Positions 1 through 15,000 of a stretch of DNA of 64,000 nt are shown here, piece by piece. The stretch's first letter is position 1. Every line of letters starts with the position of its first letter. The notes below the pieces were generated by a model. It worked only from the letters and a program-made list of their open reading frames with translations. It was not told the DNA's origin and made no database searches. The position numbers were made by a program, and so were the translations under genes. Source of the stretch: an uncultured Planctomycetia bacterium (GTDB lineage: Bacteria > Omnitrophota > Gorgyraeia > Tantalellales > Tantalellaceae); NCBI GenBank assembly GCA_964572255.1, contig CAZNEE010000003.1, forward strand, positions 182,539 through 246,538. Direction: 5' to 3'.

Positions 1-1
1 C

Positions 2-3000
2 TTCACTTATATTAAAAAACGGATCGGCAGGTGTAACAGCCTTATTGACAACTTCCATGACGTCGGCATTGATGCCGAAGAAATCCACATCCATCTCGCC
101 GTCCGCAAGTTTTTCGGTATAGAGAAGGTCCCCCGTCTGGTCTCTGTGGTAAGTAACATCCATGAACTCGGGATTCGTGGCTGCCTCGTAATCCTTGACT
201 CCTGTCGCGACGATACCGCGTACATTATTGATCTCCGCCAAAGCCTGGATTGCCGTGGCATACGCCACTGAAAGTGCATTTCTTGCATCTATCACCAGAT
301 CCAAAAGATCGGGTTCCTCTCCGTCGATCTGATCCCATTGATCCAAAGCATCCTGAATGTCGCTTACAGCATCTGCGGTCTTTTGTTTTAAGGCGATATA
401 TGCGGGGTTGGAAGGATCCCTGTTAAGAATCTCCTGTGCCTTTTGATCGGCTGTCTGTGCTTTTGTTAAAGCTGCTGATAAAACATTTATTATCTGCCAG
501 GCTAACTGCTGCCCTTCGTTGGTTTCATACGTAATTTTGATACCAAAAGGACCGGTTATAGTGTGAGTTGTGCCATACCAGCCGTTATATGTCCCATAAT
601 CATTAATCCACTCTATGATCTCGTCGGCGGCCTCAATAACATCATAATAATACCAAGTGCCTGTAAAAATATCTCCCCAGAAATACGAAACTGTCTCCGA
701 TTCAAAATACGTGTTAACGACGCTTGATAAATTGATCAGCGCATCAGCATCAAGATCATTATTGTCTATATAAACTTCGCTCTGCAGAAGTTCGTTGATC
801 GTCTGAGTATCACCGCTTAAGACTGATCCTCCGACTTTTTCTATATGTTCGGCCGCTATCTCGTAGCGTATATCATATTCTTCCGGATCATAGGCATCCG
901 CATCTGTTGCCGGCGGATATGAATCATAGGTGTATGTATGTACTTCCGTGGATTCGACGGAATTATCGCTATCGGTAAGATATTCCGTTATCGTGGTCGA
1001 TTCTATCTGAAGCGGAGCATGAGCCGGATTAGATATATCAGTATCGCTGATATTAAAGACATTGACAGTGGTTGTTTTTCTCACGGCATCGCCGTCAATT
1101 ATGCCGTCATTATTTTGATCCGCGTCCCCATAATAATCTTCAGTGGTTCTTTCACTAAGGACTTTCGTCATGGACGGATAAGCCAGGCTGTAACCTTCCT
1201 CTTGAGACTGCCTGCTTGAAAGAGGATCCTCAAAAGTACTGGTCATCCTTCTGGTTGTGTGTATTATCTCTTCTTCGGTGGTTTCGCCAAAATCCCTGAC
1301 ATTGCCGGACTCAATAACTTGACTTACGAGATTGCCTCTCTCGTCATATTCCTCGGCCAACGTGCGTGAAAAGTCTATTGAACCGACATTTACGCCATAA
1401 TTTATTCCTGTATCAGTATTCAAAATGCCAACATGGTAGTAATTTCCCACAAGCCGGTCTATCCATCCCCAGTCTCCTGCGCCGGCAATAAGCGCATCGT
1501 ATTCAGTTTCATATCCCTGATGATCATGGTAGTTCATGATCAGATGCTTCAAATTAAAAGCCTCTCCACCGCCCTCGACCAGATGATAATTGTATGTTTC
1601 CCCTTCTATAAATGTCGGGTTCACCAGAGATTCGCCTACCTTGTCGTATTTTATGCTGGAAGTCGTTTTGGTGACCATGCCGGGCTGAGAAATACCCTGC
1701 GTGACACTGTTTATGTACGCGACATCCCCTCCGGCCTCAGTTGTATAGACAGTTGTAACTTCGGTCATGAGCATCTTATCCAAAGACATTTCTGAACCCT
1801 GAAGAAAGAGGAGATAGTCATCTTCATGCGTGTTATAAAGGTTGACGACCTGATCATAAATACCTTCAACTTCAGGTATAACAAGATCGATCTGATCTTC
1901 CAGTTCCTGTAACCTGGGTGAAATGTCCGCTATAACAGCGCTGTCAAGCGGCCATGGTGTGATCCAATAACTGAGTATCACATTGCATTCATCTGCCATG
2001 CTTTCAACTGCATCTATAGCATCCTGTAAAGTTTGAACAAAATCAGACGAAGGATCCAGCTGAGCAATTTCCTGCGCCAAAGGAAGTCTGTTTGTTAACA
2101 TGGTTGAAATGTTCGAAAGAAAATTCAATGCATTATTAATATCATTCATCATCCTCAAGAACTCTTGTTCCTTATTTTCCCAATTTCTATTTATAGCGCT
2201 AACTATCTGATCGTGCGCTGTATCTAAATAAGGTAAAACACCGGCTTCCATGGGAGGATCCATCGGAACAACATAAAATAACGCGTCCCGTATTTCTCTG
2301 CTGTTAACAGCTATTTGATAACTTGCCTCAAGCGCGGCTTCATCAAATTCTTCATATTCTATTCTTCTTGAGAATATGTTGCGGTCTTTTTCGTCATATT
2401 CCATATCATGCATCTCGAAATGATATGTCTGGTCGCCGCGTCTTCCGGATTCCTCGTAACTGGCGATATTGCCGTCTTCGTTATAGGTGATATTTTCCCT
2501 GGTAAATTCGTAATACATGCCGGTAGAAGTCCTGCCCTCTTCGCTGAACTGCATCATCTTGCCGTCAGCGTCATAATAGATATCCGATCTCACGCTCTGG
2601 AAATACCTGAGGTCGCCTTCAAAGGTCCTTATGGTCTGTACGTCCGTATAATCGGTACCGGCTTCGTGAGCTCTCTTGTAGCCCGTCTCGGTGCCGGGAT
2701 CGAACCATCCGTCACCGTTAAGGTCATCGTAATACAGATATATGGCGGTATTGGAAACATAATCCATCCCGTTCTCGTCATGAGTGTAATACGCTATCAT
2801 GTCGGTGGATTCTTCTCCCACCCCGCCCTTATAGTATGTTTCACTCGATAGGACCACGCCGTAAGTCTGTCCGAAAATAACCAGTTCTATAGCTCTTGAT
2901 ATCTGCCCCAAATGATATTCGCCGTAAGTTTGCCCCGGCAAAAGAACTCTGGCGTTGTCCAGAGCTTGAAGCAATGGATCAAGAAAATCCCGGTCCGCTT

Positions 3001-6000
3001 CGCCCCTGTCATGAAGATCGGTCACCCATGCTATAGCCTGATCAAGGGCATTTTCGCCCTGGTTATAGTCTTCGTCCTCAAAATAGGTATATGCGTCTTC
3101 AAGTGTTGTTCTGATAAGATCCAATTCGCTTGAAATTTCGTCAGCTGCAAAGCGCGATACGACCTTGGCCATGTAATCGCTCCTTGAGGCGTTCGAGGCT
3201 GTCGTGTAATCTGCCGCGTACAAATACTGGTTGATGTGGAGCTTGTTCACCGGATCACCCGATGTGTAGATCCAGGCATAATCGGATATTTCCTCGTTGT
3301 AATCTCCAATAAAGAAGGTCTTTGACCTTCTGCCTGTCGTGTAATCGCTGTGGACGAGAGGCACAATATCGGTTATCAGATCGCCTTCCAATAGTTTCTC
3401 TGTATTAAAAGTGGTCGAACTTACCTTCGGCGTTTCAAATACGGTATCGGAAGCCCTCTGTTGACCGTCCCCGTAGAAATTGACAGTGATCTGAGTATTG
3501 TCAAATTCATCCGGCCCGGGGGCCCCGCGGCCTTCCTTGCTGTAACTGATGGTGTAGTCGGCTATCTCATAACTCAAGGCTCCAACAAACCATGTTTCGG
3601 TCCTTCTTAAAGCGGGCGGTTCATTAACCGCATTAATAACGCCGTTATCCTCATCTATATCCAGGCCCTCTTTCTTGTTATATGTAACTGTGTGGGTCAA
3701 AGCGCCTGTAGCGGCATCATCATAGTAATAAATGGTCGTATTTCTGATGTTCGTCCCGTCCGTCCTGTACGCGTAAATCCAGAGAACCTGTTCCTCTCCT
3801 CTTTCCTCGTTCCTGTAATACGTAGCCTGCTGGAGGGTGTCGGCAATATCGGTGCCCCTTCTGGTCTCGCTCTTTGTCATGAACGACTCTTCGCTGACGC
3901 CTTCTTCATCCGCCAAGCTGTATCTTCCTTTTAGAGGATCGAAATTGAAATAATAATACCAGGTGCGGTTATCGATGGTCTCACCGTCGCGCTTATAATT
4001 GTCCGTATAATGTGATAATTCCGCGCCCGCATAACCGTGATAATAAGTCTCGCTTATCTTCATGACCGCATCCGGATCGGCTATACTAAAAGTGCCCAGG
4101 TCAGTATCTACGCTTAATCCCAGTTCCTTCCTGTAGACCGTACTTATCTCCATGCTACCGTCAGGCCTGTAGGTGTATTTACTTGTCGTCTTCACGGTAG
4201 TGCCGTCATACCTGTATTCCTGGCTCCAGTTCAGCCTTTCCTCGCCTTTTTCCTCGCCCTCGTAATAAGAGATCTGTTTTACAGCTAAGGGATCGGTGCC
4301 TCTGACCGTTATCGACCTGGTCATGTAAGAATCGGACCTTATGTCGGGAGCAGTGGCTTCGGTGTATCTTCCGGCATCAGTATAATAATAGTACCAGGTA
4401 CGGGTGAATACTGATTCATCCGGCAGGAATACATCGGTATAATCCGTTATTTCATCGCCCTTGCCGCCTGAATACCATGTCTGGCTTCTCTTCGCGCCAA
4501 GCGCCGCGGACGGCGGTATGGTATGCGGGTTATCACTGTCAGGAGTCCTTACAACATCGTCTTTATATATCGTAGTGTACTTAAGGCTGTTATCGTTCGC
4601 GGGATCATAGACATACAGAGTCGTAGTCCTGACCTCTTCACTGGCATTGTAATCCTGGCTGAATGAGATCCTCTCTTCGCCTTTTTCATCGCCCTCGTAA
4701 TAAGAGATCTGTTTTACGGGTGAAGTAAGTTCATCATCGCCTCTTGTAGTTATAGTCCTTGTCAGATACGATGCAGGCCCTATTCCCGGCGTGCTCGCGC
4801 GGGCGTACTTATGATCATCATCCGAATCATTGATAAAGTAATAGTACCATGTGCGCGTGGTAAGAGCGTTATTGCGGAAGCTGTCGGTGTAATCGATGAT
4901 CTCTTCGCCCCTATCGCCGTGATAGACCGTTTCACTCTTCTTGTCCAAAGTGAATACTTCAGCTTCCGGGCCCAGTTCAGGCGGTTCGACCCCCAGATCC
5001 TGGAACCGTTCTTCACCGTCAATATATATCGTGCTCTTCTGGAGGCTGTCATCAGGATTGTAGGTATAAACCGTAGTAGTCCTAACCTGCGTGCCGTTAA
5101 AGCTGTATTCCTGGCTCCAGGAGATCTGCTCTTCACCTTTTTCGGCGTTCTTGTAATAAGAGACCTGCGAGGTATACTGGCCGCTTTGCCTTATCCTTAC
5201 GTTTATGGTCCGGGTGATATATGAATACACCTCAGCATCCGCGGCCTGTGTGTACCTGTCCGAATCCGTATTATAATAATAAGTGATCTTACTATCCTCT
5301 ATATCGTTCTTGTAGTTGATGACATAGTCTATTATTTCCTCGCCTCTTTCCAGCTGATAAAAAGTGCGGCTTTCTTTTTCGAGGCTAAGCGCAACAGGAT
5401 CGGGGGCAGGTGCGGGATCGCCCGGCGCTGCCGGACCCCTTTCCGTATCGTCCTTGTAGACCGTTGTCCGCACTAATCTGTCATCAATGTTGCCGTATTC
5501 ATATATGGTCGTTGTCTTCACGTTTTCGTTGAAATTGTATTCCTGGGTCCAGCGGATCTGTTCTTCGCCTTTTTCCGTGCCTATGTAATAAGCTGCCTGC
5601 TTTAATTTATTAACACCCGCGGGATCTCTTCTTGAGATGGTCTTCGTCATGTAGGAATCTACATTGATCTGCGTATCAGACGCTTCGGCGTACCTATTTG
5701 CATCGCTGGCAAAGTAATAATATTTAGTGCGTACCGATTCTATTCCGTTAGTGTAGCTGCTTGCGTAATCGGCGATTTCTTCTCCTTTATCGCCTACAAA
5801 AACCGTCATGTTTCTTCTTACGGCATCGTCATCGCCCAGGCCGTCTTCATCTATCGCTACAGTGCCTGAAGTGTAGTCCGCGACTATGCCAATTTCGTCC
5901 CTATACACTACGGTTGATACTAGCGCATCTTCCGCGTCATAATTATAATTAGTCGTTGTCTTGATGGCTGTCGCGAGGTAATTATATTCCTGGCTCCAGG

Positions 6001-9000
6001 AGATCAGTTCCTCGCCCTTGACGGGGTTCTTGTAATATGTCTCCTGTTTAATGAGCGCATCTGGTGCCTGACCTCTTCTTGTCACGGTCCTGGTTATGTA
6101 AGAGTCGGGCCTTATGTCGCTGTCCGTCGCATAGGCGTATCTTTCAGCATCCGTGTGGTACTGGTACCATGTACGGGTATCAAAATTGCCGCTGAGCTTA
6201 TAATTGTCCGTGTAATTTGAGATCTCTTCGCCCTTGCCTCCTACAAACCATGTCTGGCTCTTTATTGCCCCCAGATCCGCAGACGGCGGTATAGTGCGCG
6301 GATAATCACTTTCGGGAGTTCTTTCAACGGTATCTTTATAAACCGTGCTGGATTTCATGCTTCCGTCAGTCGCGTCGTTATAATCAAAAATAGTCGTCGT
6401 TTTTACGGTTAAACCGTCATATTTATAATCCTGCGAGAAGTCCACCTGTTCTTCGCCTTTCACATCGCCGCGATAATATGAGACCTGTTTCATCCTGGGA
6501 TCAGCCCCCAAAGGATCCCTTATTATGACCGATTTTGTCATGTAGGAATCAGGATTAACACGGCTATCTGTAGCTCTGATATATTTATCCGTGTTATCCA
6601 CAAAATAATAGAAATACGTACGGGTATCTGTTGTTGTGCCGTCGCCCTTATAGTTATCGGTATAATTAGCTATCTCCTCGTTCTTGTCCCCGACGAACCA
6701 TGTCTGGCTCTTGAGAACGCCAAGCGGCGGTACAGGTACAACCGGAGGATCGACCTTAGGATTCTTGGATTCCGGCGTTCTTACTTCGTCATCTTTATAA
6801 ACTGAAGTGAACTTGAGGTTCCGGTCATCCGGATCATACGTATAAATAGTGGTCGTTATGACATTACTGCCCGTGTAATCGTATTCCTGGGTCCAGGAAA
6901 CCTGTTCTTCGCCTTTTTCCTCGTTCTCATAGTAGCTTATTTGTTTTAAAGCGCCTGCGGGATCAGTGCCTCTTCTCACTTCGCTCATCGTCATGAATGA
7001 ATCGGGGCTTACGCCGGTTTCCGTGGCGCGGGCGTATCTGTCTGCGGGACTGTAATAGAAATATCTTGTGCGGGTGTAAACATCTTCGCTGGCTGTGAAA
7101 CTGTCAGTATAATCGGCGATCTCCTCTCCCTTGTATCCGGCAAATACTGTTCTGCTTAGCTTTATGCCAAGATCGGCCGGGTCGGGCCTTGGAGCGGGAT
7201 CAAGAACTCCCGGAGGACCTCTCTCGGTATCATCTTTATACACTGTGCTTGACTGCATACTGCCGTCAGAATTATAAGCATAAAGCGTGGTCGTTCTTAC
7301 TTCATCCCCCATGTAGTTGTATTCCTGGCTCCATGCCGTCTGCTCTTCGCCTCTTTCCTCGTTCTCATAATAAGAGATCTGCCTTAATCTCTGGGTGCCA
7401 AGAGGATCCCTCACGGCCCGTGACTTTGTCATGTAAGAGTTGGGATCCAATGAGGCCAAGGCAGCGCCTTCATACCTGTTGGAATCCGTCCTGTAAAAAT
7501 AGGTTGTTCTTACATCGATCTCTGTGCCGTCCTCTTTGAACATATCAGTATAATCAGCAATTTCATCACCCTTATCTCCCTGGAACCATGTCTCGCTCTT
7601 TTTCACAAGACCAAGCGTTCCCGGATCCGGAGCGAGATAATCCGGCGCCGAGGGTATTCTCACCGTATCGTCTTTATACACGGTAGAGCGTTTCATGCTG
7701 TCATCCGTATTATATTCATATATAGTAGTAGTTATTACTTCCTCTATATGGTATTTGTATTCCTGGCTCCAGGCGATCTGTTCTTCGCCCTTTTCATCGC
7801 CTCGGAAATAAGCTACCTGTTTTAAAGAGGAAGTCGTGAAAGCCCCTCTTCTGGCTTCAGTCATTGTCATGTAAGAGTCGATCGTCACGCCGGCATCACT
7901 TGCTCTTGCAAAATTATCGGCATCGGTGTGATAAAAATATGTGGTGCGTGAAGTAACGATAGTGTTCTTGTAGTTAAATGAATAATCCGCTATTTCATCG
8001 CCCTTGCCGAGGTGTATATCAAAGAAGGTGGAACTCTTGATATTGGCCGGGTCTATATGATCCACCGCATCTTCGCCTGTGAACCCGGCTGTTGCTTTGT
8101 AGGTGTCCTGCCGGATCATCGCGTCATCCGCTTCCGCCGCACTTGCCCGTTTCTCACCAACGTAATAGAAAATACTGACTTCCGCGACGGTCGTGCCGTT
8201 CGCCGCGTAATTATAGGTGAAATCGGTTATCTCATTCCCCTTCCCTATATGTATATCAAAATAGGTCGAACTTCTGCGGTTACTGATAGCCACTTCGCCT
8301 ATTGAAAATGCTTTATGCGTATCCTGGCGCACCATGGCGTCTTCCGTTCCCGCCAGAGACGCCCTTACCTCGCCCTGATAGTAGAAAATACTTATAGTCC
8401 TTACGGTAGTTCCGCCTTTCTTGTAGCCGTATGAATAGTCCGCTATTTCATCGCCCTTGCCGAAACGCGTATCAAAGAAAGTAGAACTTGTGCGGGTTGT
8501 CTTATTCTCCTCATCGATAAACTGTATAGCATCATCCCCCTCATGGCCTTCCACGGCTTTATATGAATCCTGTTGGATCATTGCGTCTTCCGATTCCGCA
8601 AGGCTGGCTCTTTTGCCTCCCCAGTAATACGAAATTGACACTGACCTCACGGTCGTACCATCGGACCTGTAGCCGTATGAATAATCGACTATTTCATCGC
8701 CTTTGCCCAAATGTATGTCGAAGAATGTCGTGCTCTTGCGGTTGGTATCGGCTACCAGTAAAATCGAAGTTGTCTCATAAGTATGCTGTTTTATCATGGC
8801 GTCTTCTGTTCCCGCTTCGCTTGCCCTCACGCCGCCCTGATAGAAGAAAATATTAACCGTCCTTGCGGTCGTGCCGTCGGACCTGTAGCTGTATGAATAA
8901 TCGGCTATTTCATCGCCCTTGCCGAGAACGGTACTGAAGAATGTCGAACTTCTGCGGTTGGTATCTGCTATTGTATTTATGGAGTTTGTTACATGCGTGT

Positions 9001-12000
9001 CCTGGCGGACCATGACATCTTCCGCCTCGACAAGGGATGCCCTCTTAGCATCCGCGCTGTAATAGAACACTCCTACTGTTCTTACGCTTATACCGTCGCC
9101 TCCATAGTTATAAGTATAATCGACTATTTCGTTGCCTTTACCCAGGTGAATATCGAATATGCTTGAACTCTTGCGGTTGGTCTTATTTTCCTCATCGATG
9201 TAGTTGATAGCGTCCTCTCCCGTGAACCCGACAACGGTCTTATAGGTATCCTGCTGCACCATCGCGTCTTCCGTCGATGCCAGGCTTGCCCTTACCTGTG
9301 TAGTATCCTGATAGTAGAATATACCGACCGTTCTGACGGTAGCACCGTCACCGCCGTAAGTATAGGTATAATCTGATATCTCCTCGCCCTTGCCGAGGCC
9401 TGTGTAGAAGAAGGTTGAACTCTTGCGGTTGGAAACTGCTGCCGCGAAAATAGAATCTGCTTTGTGAGTATCCTGCTGTATCATCGCATCAGAAGTATTT
9501 GCTTCACTTGCCCTCTTGTCGCCTTGATAGAAGAAGACACCCACGGTTCTTACGGTTGTCCCGTCAGCGGCATAGTTATACGTATAGTCAGAAACTTCAT
9601 CTCCCTTGCCGAGATGTGTGTCAAAGAAGGTGGAGCTTCTGCGAGTCGTGATACTTATATTAAGGATCGAATCGGTTTTGTGCGTATCCTGGCGGATCAT
9701 CGCGTCTTCTATGCCTGCCGCGCTTGCCCTTACGCCGCCCTCATAGAAGAAAACTCCCACCGTAATTACTGTTGTTCCGTCACTTGCATAAGTATAGGTA
9801 TAATCCGCTATCTCATCGCCCTTACCGAGATTGGCATCAAAGAACGTTGAGCTCTTACGGTTGTCCTCGCTTATCTCTCCGATAGAAGTCGCTACGTGCG
9901 TGTCCTGACGCACCATTACATCTTCAACCCCTGATTCGCTTGCTCTTTTTTCGCCCAAATAATAGAAAACACCTACTGTTCGCGCGGTCGATCCATCGCC
10001 GCCGTAATTATAGGTATAATCGACTATCTCATCGCCCTTGCCGAGATGTGCGTCGAAGAAACTTGAACTCTTGCGGTTTATGATAGCTATATTATCGATC
10101 GAATCCGTGATATGAGTATCCTGGCGGATAAGTACATCCTCCGACTCTGCCAGAAAAGCTCTCTTTTCGCCGTAATAATAAAATACGCCTACCGATCTGA
10201 TGCTTGTCCCGTCACTACCGTAGTTGTATATGTAATCGGCTATTTCCCCGCCTTTACCGAAATGAATATCAAAGAAGGTAGAACTCCTGCGTTCTTTCTT
10301 AGTGGCAATATCGATGTGATCCACCGCGTCCTGGTCCGTAAAACCTTCGGCTGCCTTATATGAATCCTGCTGGATCATGGCGTCTTCCGTTCCCGCTTCG
10401 CTTGCTCTTCTTTCTCCCTGATAATAGAATATCCCGATCGTTCTCACGGTCGTTCCGTCGCTGGCATAGTTGTACGTGTAATCCGCGATCTCATCGCCCT
10501 TGCCGAGACGTACATCAAAGAAGGTCGTGCTCCTTCGGGTGGTATCAGTTATTGAAAGGATCGAATCCGCCCTGTGGGAATCCTGTTTCATCAGCGCGTC
10601 TTCCGAACTCGCTTCGCCCGCCCTCTTATTATCATCATAGAAGAAAACGCCTACTGTCTTTACTATAGTGCCGCCTAAAGCATAGCTGTAAGTGTAGTCC
10701 GCGATCTCATCGCCTTTCCCGTAAGTTATATCGAAGAATGTAGAACTCTTTCTGTTTTCTTTGGTTGTATCATTTACCTCTCCTATACCGCCGACTTCAT
10801 ATGTATCCTGCTGTATAAGAGAGTCTTCATCAGACGCAAGGGAAGCTCTCTTGTTCCCTTCATAATAAAATACTCCTACAGTTTTAACTGTTGTACCGTC
10901 ATTGCCGTAACTATAAGTATAGTCGGCTATTTCATCGCCTTTGCCTATATGAGCATCGAAGAATGTCGAACTCTTGCGATTGGCATTCTCCGCCAGATCA
11001 ACAGAAGCGGCAACATGCGTGTCCTGCCTTATGAGCACATCATCCGCTTCTGCCGTATTTGCCCTCTTTTCGCCCTGATAGTAGAAAACCCCTACGCTTC
11101 TTACGCTTGTACCGTCGCCTCCGTAGTTATAGGTATAATCGACTATTTCGCTGCCTTTGCCGAGATGAATATCGAAGAAGGTCGAATTCTTTCTGTACTC
11201 TTTAGTCGCATCATTTACCTGCGTTATGTGTGATACCTTATATGTATCCTGCCGGATGAGTGCATCCTGCGAACCTGCTACGCTTGCCCTGTTGTCCCCC
11301 TGATAATAGAAAACTCCCACCGTTCTTACCACCGTTCCGCCGACACCATAGTTATACGTATAATCTGATATCTCATCGCCCTTGCCCAGATGTATATCAA
11401 AAAAGGTTGAATTTCTGCGGTTAGACAATGATACGTTGAGGATCGAATCCGTCTTGTGTGTATCCTGGCGAACCATGGCGTCTTCTGAGCTGGCTTCATT
11501 TGCTCTCTTTATGCCCTGATAATAGAATATCCCTACTGTCTTTACTATCGTGCCGCCCGAAGCATAACTGTATGTGTAATCGGACACTTCATCACCTTTA
11601 CCGAATCTAATGCTGAAGAAGGTCGAGCTTTTTCTGCCTTCTTTTGTTCCGGTATCAATAAAATCTATTGCGTCATCGCCTCTTTCGCCCTCTTCGGTCT
11701 GATATGAATCCTGCTGGATCATGGCGTCCTCCGAACCGGCTGAAATTGCTCTCTTGTCCCCTTCATAATAGAAAATGCCTACTGTCTTTACTGTAGTTCC
11801 GTCGGAAGCATAATTATACGTAAAATCTGCGATCTCATCGCCCTTGCCGAGATGTGTATCAAAGAAGGTCGAGCTCTTGCGGTTACCCTCGGCAATAAGA
11901 TCAACTGAACTTGCATTATGAGAATCCTGTCTGATAAGAAGATCTTCAGCTTCAGCAAGTGATGCTCTTTTTTCTCCGCTATAGTAGAAAACCCCTACTG

Positions 12001-15000
12001 ACCTTACCGAAACTCCGTCACCGCCGTAGTTATAGGTATGGTCTGATATTTCGTTGCCTTTACCGAGATGTATATCGAAGAAAGTCGAACTCTTGCGGTT
12101 AGTCTTATTCACTTCATCTATAAAGAGGATCGCGTCCGATCCGGTATGGCCTTCCGTGGTCTTATATGTATCCTGCTGTACCATAGCGTCTTCCGTTGAC
12201 GCCAGAGATGCCCTCAACGCGGTAGTATCTTTATAATAGAATATCCCTATACTTCTGACTGTCTCACCGTCATAACCGTAATTATAAGTATAATCGGCTA
12301 TTTCATCGCCTTTACCGAGGTGGATATCAAAGAATGTTGAATTCTTACGGTTAGAAAGTGCTACATTGAGAATTGAATCTGTCTTGTGGGTATCCTGCTG
12401 GATGAGCGCGTCTTCTATTTCGGCTTCGCTCGCCCTCTTCGCTCCTTGATAGAACATTATACCTACCGTTCTTACCGTAGTTCCGTCACCGGCATAAGTA
12501 TAGGTATAATCCACTATCTCATCGCCTTTACCGAAACGGTGATCAAAGAAGGTTGAACTCTTTCGGTTAGTATTAGCGATCTTTAAAATTGAATCTGTCT
12601 TGTGTGTATCCTGCTGGATAAGCGCATCCTCTGTGCTTGCAAGAGACGCTCTCTTGCCGTCCTGGTAGAACATCACACTTACGTTCCTTACCGTCGCGCC
12701 GTCGGAAGCATAGCTGTATGAATAATCAGCTATTTCATCGCCCTTACCGAAACGCGTGTTGAAGAATGTTGAGCTCTTCCGGTTGCTTTGGGCGACTTCC
12801 CATATTGAAGTGGCTATGTGAGTATCCTGTCTTATCAGGGCGCCTTCGGGGTCGGACAAGCTTGCCCGTTTTTCGCCTGTATAATAAAAAACGCTCACGG
12901 TCCTTACGGTCGAACCGTCATAACCGTAATTATATGAGTAGTCTGCCGTTTCTTCGCCTTTGCCGTGAGTCGTATCGAAGAAAGTCGAACTCTTTCGATT
13001 GGCATTTTCTACTAGATCAATAGACCCGGCTTTATGCGTGTCCTGGCGAACAAGGGCATCTTCCACGCTGGCGAGACTGGCTCTTACAGGATCTGGTTCT
13101 CCCTCATAATAGAATACTCCCACGGTCCTTACAAATTCTCCGTCACCGCCGTAGGAGTAATTATAATCTGCTATCTCATCGCCTTTCCCTAAATGAATAT
13201 CAAAGAAAGTCGAACTTCTGCGGGTTGTGGTGGTTACATTATAGATCGAATCTATCTTGTGGGTATCTTGCTGGACCATTGCGTCTTCAACATTGGCAAG
13301 ATCGGCTCTTACAGGATCTGTTTCTCCCTCATAATAAAAAACGGCAACTGTTCTCACGGTGGTCCCGTCACCGGCATAGTTGTAGCTATAATCCGCTATC
13401 TCGTCGCCTTTGCCGAGATGTGTGTCAAAGAATGTTGAACTCTTGCGGTTGGTATCAGCAATATTAAAAATAGAATCTATCTTGTGGGTGTCCTGCCGAA
13501 TAAGCGGATCATCCGCTTCCGCAAGGGTCGCTCTTTTGCCTCCATGGTAATAGAAAACACCCACTATTCTTACGGTCGTTCCGTCAAGCCCGTAGGTATA
13601 TGAATAGTCCGCTATTTCTTCGCCCTTGCCGAGCTGTGTAGCGAAGAAAGTTGTATTTTTGCGGTTGGTTTGGGCAATATCGTAGATTGAATCCGCTTTA
13701 TGAGTATCCTGCTGTTCCATAGCATCTTCAATAGCTGCCCCGCTTGCTCTATTCCCGCCCTCGTAATATAGAACCGCTACCGTTCTCACGGTCGTTCCGT
13801 CGCCTGCATAGTTATAACTGAAATCTGCGATCTCATCGCCTTTACCGAAACGCGTATTGAAAAAGGTTGAACTCTTGCGGTTTGCATATTTGATCTTATC
13901 GATCGCGGAAGTTTTATGAAGGTCTTGCCTTATCAGGGCGTCTTCCGTTTCCGCCTCGCTTGCTCTTATATCACCCTGGTAATAGAAAACACTCACTGTT
14001 CTTACAGTTATTCCGTCGCCGCCGTAACTGTATAGGTAGTCCGCGATCTCATTGCCTTTGCCATGATCTACATCAAAAAATGTTGAGGACCTGCGGGTAG
14101 TAAGGGTTACACTGTAAATTGAATTTGTCTTGTGCGTGTCCTGTCGGATCATCGCATCCTGCGAACTCGCTTCGCTGGCCCGCTTGAAAGCTTCATAATA
14201 GAAAACACCAACAGTCCTTACGGTTGTTCCATTGGAAGAATAATTATAGCTGTAATCCGCGATCTCATCGCCTTTGCCGAGATGTATATCAAAAAATGTT
14301 GAGTTTCTCCGGTTAGTTTCAGCAACTTTATAAATTGAATCTACTTTATGTGTATCCTGCTGTATGAGCTCATCTTCCGATTCAGCCAAAGTAGCTCTTT
14401 TACCTCCAACATAATAAAAAACTCCCACTGTCCTTACGGTCGTGCCGTCACTGCCATAAGAGTAACTGTAATCTGTTATTTCCTCGCCTTTTCCGTGTTG
14501 TACAGCAAAGAACGTGGAACTCTTCCGGTTGGTTTCGGCAATATCGTAGATCGACCCGGCTCTATGCGTATCCTGCTGTACCATCGCGTCTTCCGAACTT
14601 GCTTCGCTTGCCCTCTTGCCCCCCTGATAATAGAAAACACCAATTGTTCTCACGGTTGTTCCGTCAGAAGCGTAGGTATACGTGTAATCGGCCACCTCAT
14701 CTCCCTTGCCGAGATGTATGTCAAAGAATGTTGTATTGATACGGTTATCTAACGCAACATTGCCGATCGAATTCGTTTTATGGCTGTCTTGATAGATAAG
14801 GGCGTCTTCCGGTCCGGCTACGCTTGCCCGCTTATCTCCCTCGTAATACATAACGCCCACTGTCCTTACCGTTGTACCGTCTCCGGCATAACTATACGTG
14901 TAATCGGCTATTTCCGATCCTTTACCGAGATGCGTATTGAAGAAAGTCGAGCTCTTGCGGTTGGTATCGGCTATTTTTAAAATTGAATCCGTCTTATGTG

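Noticed and set aside
7-5136. Minus-strand ORFs 7..288 and 4780..5136
   Set aside because: They are out-of-frame overlaps within giant-1 with atypical composition.
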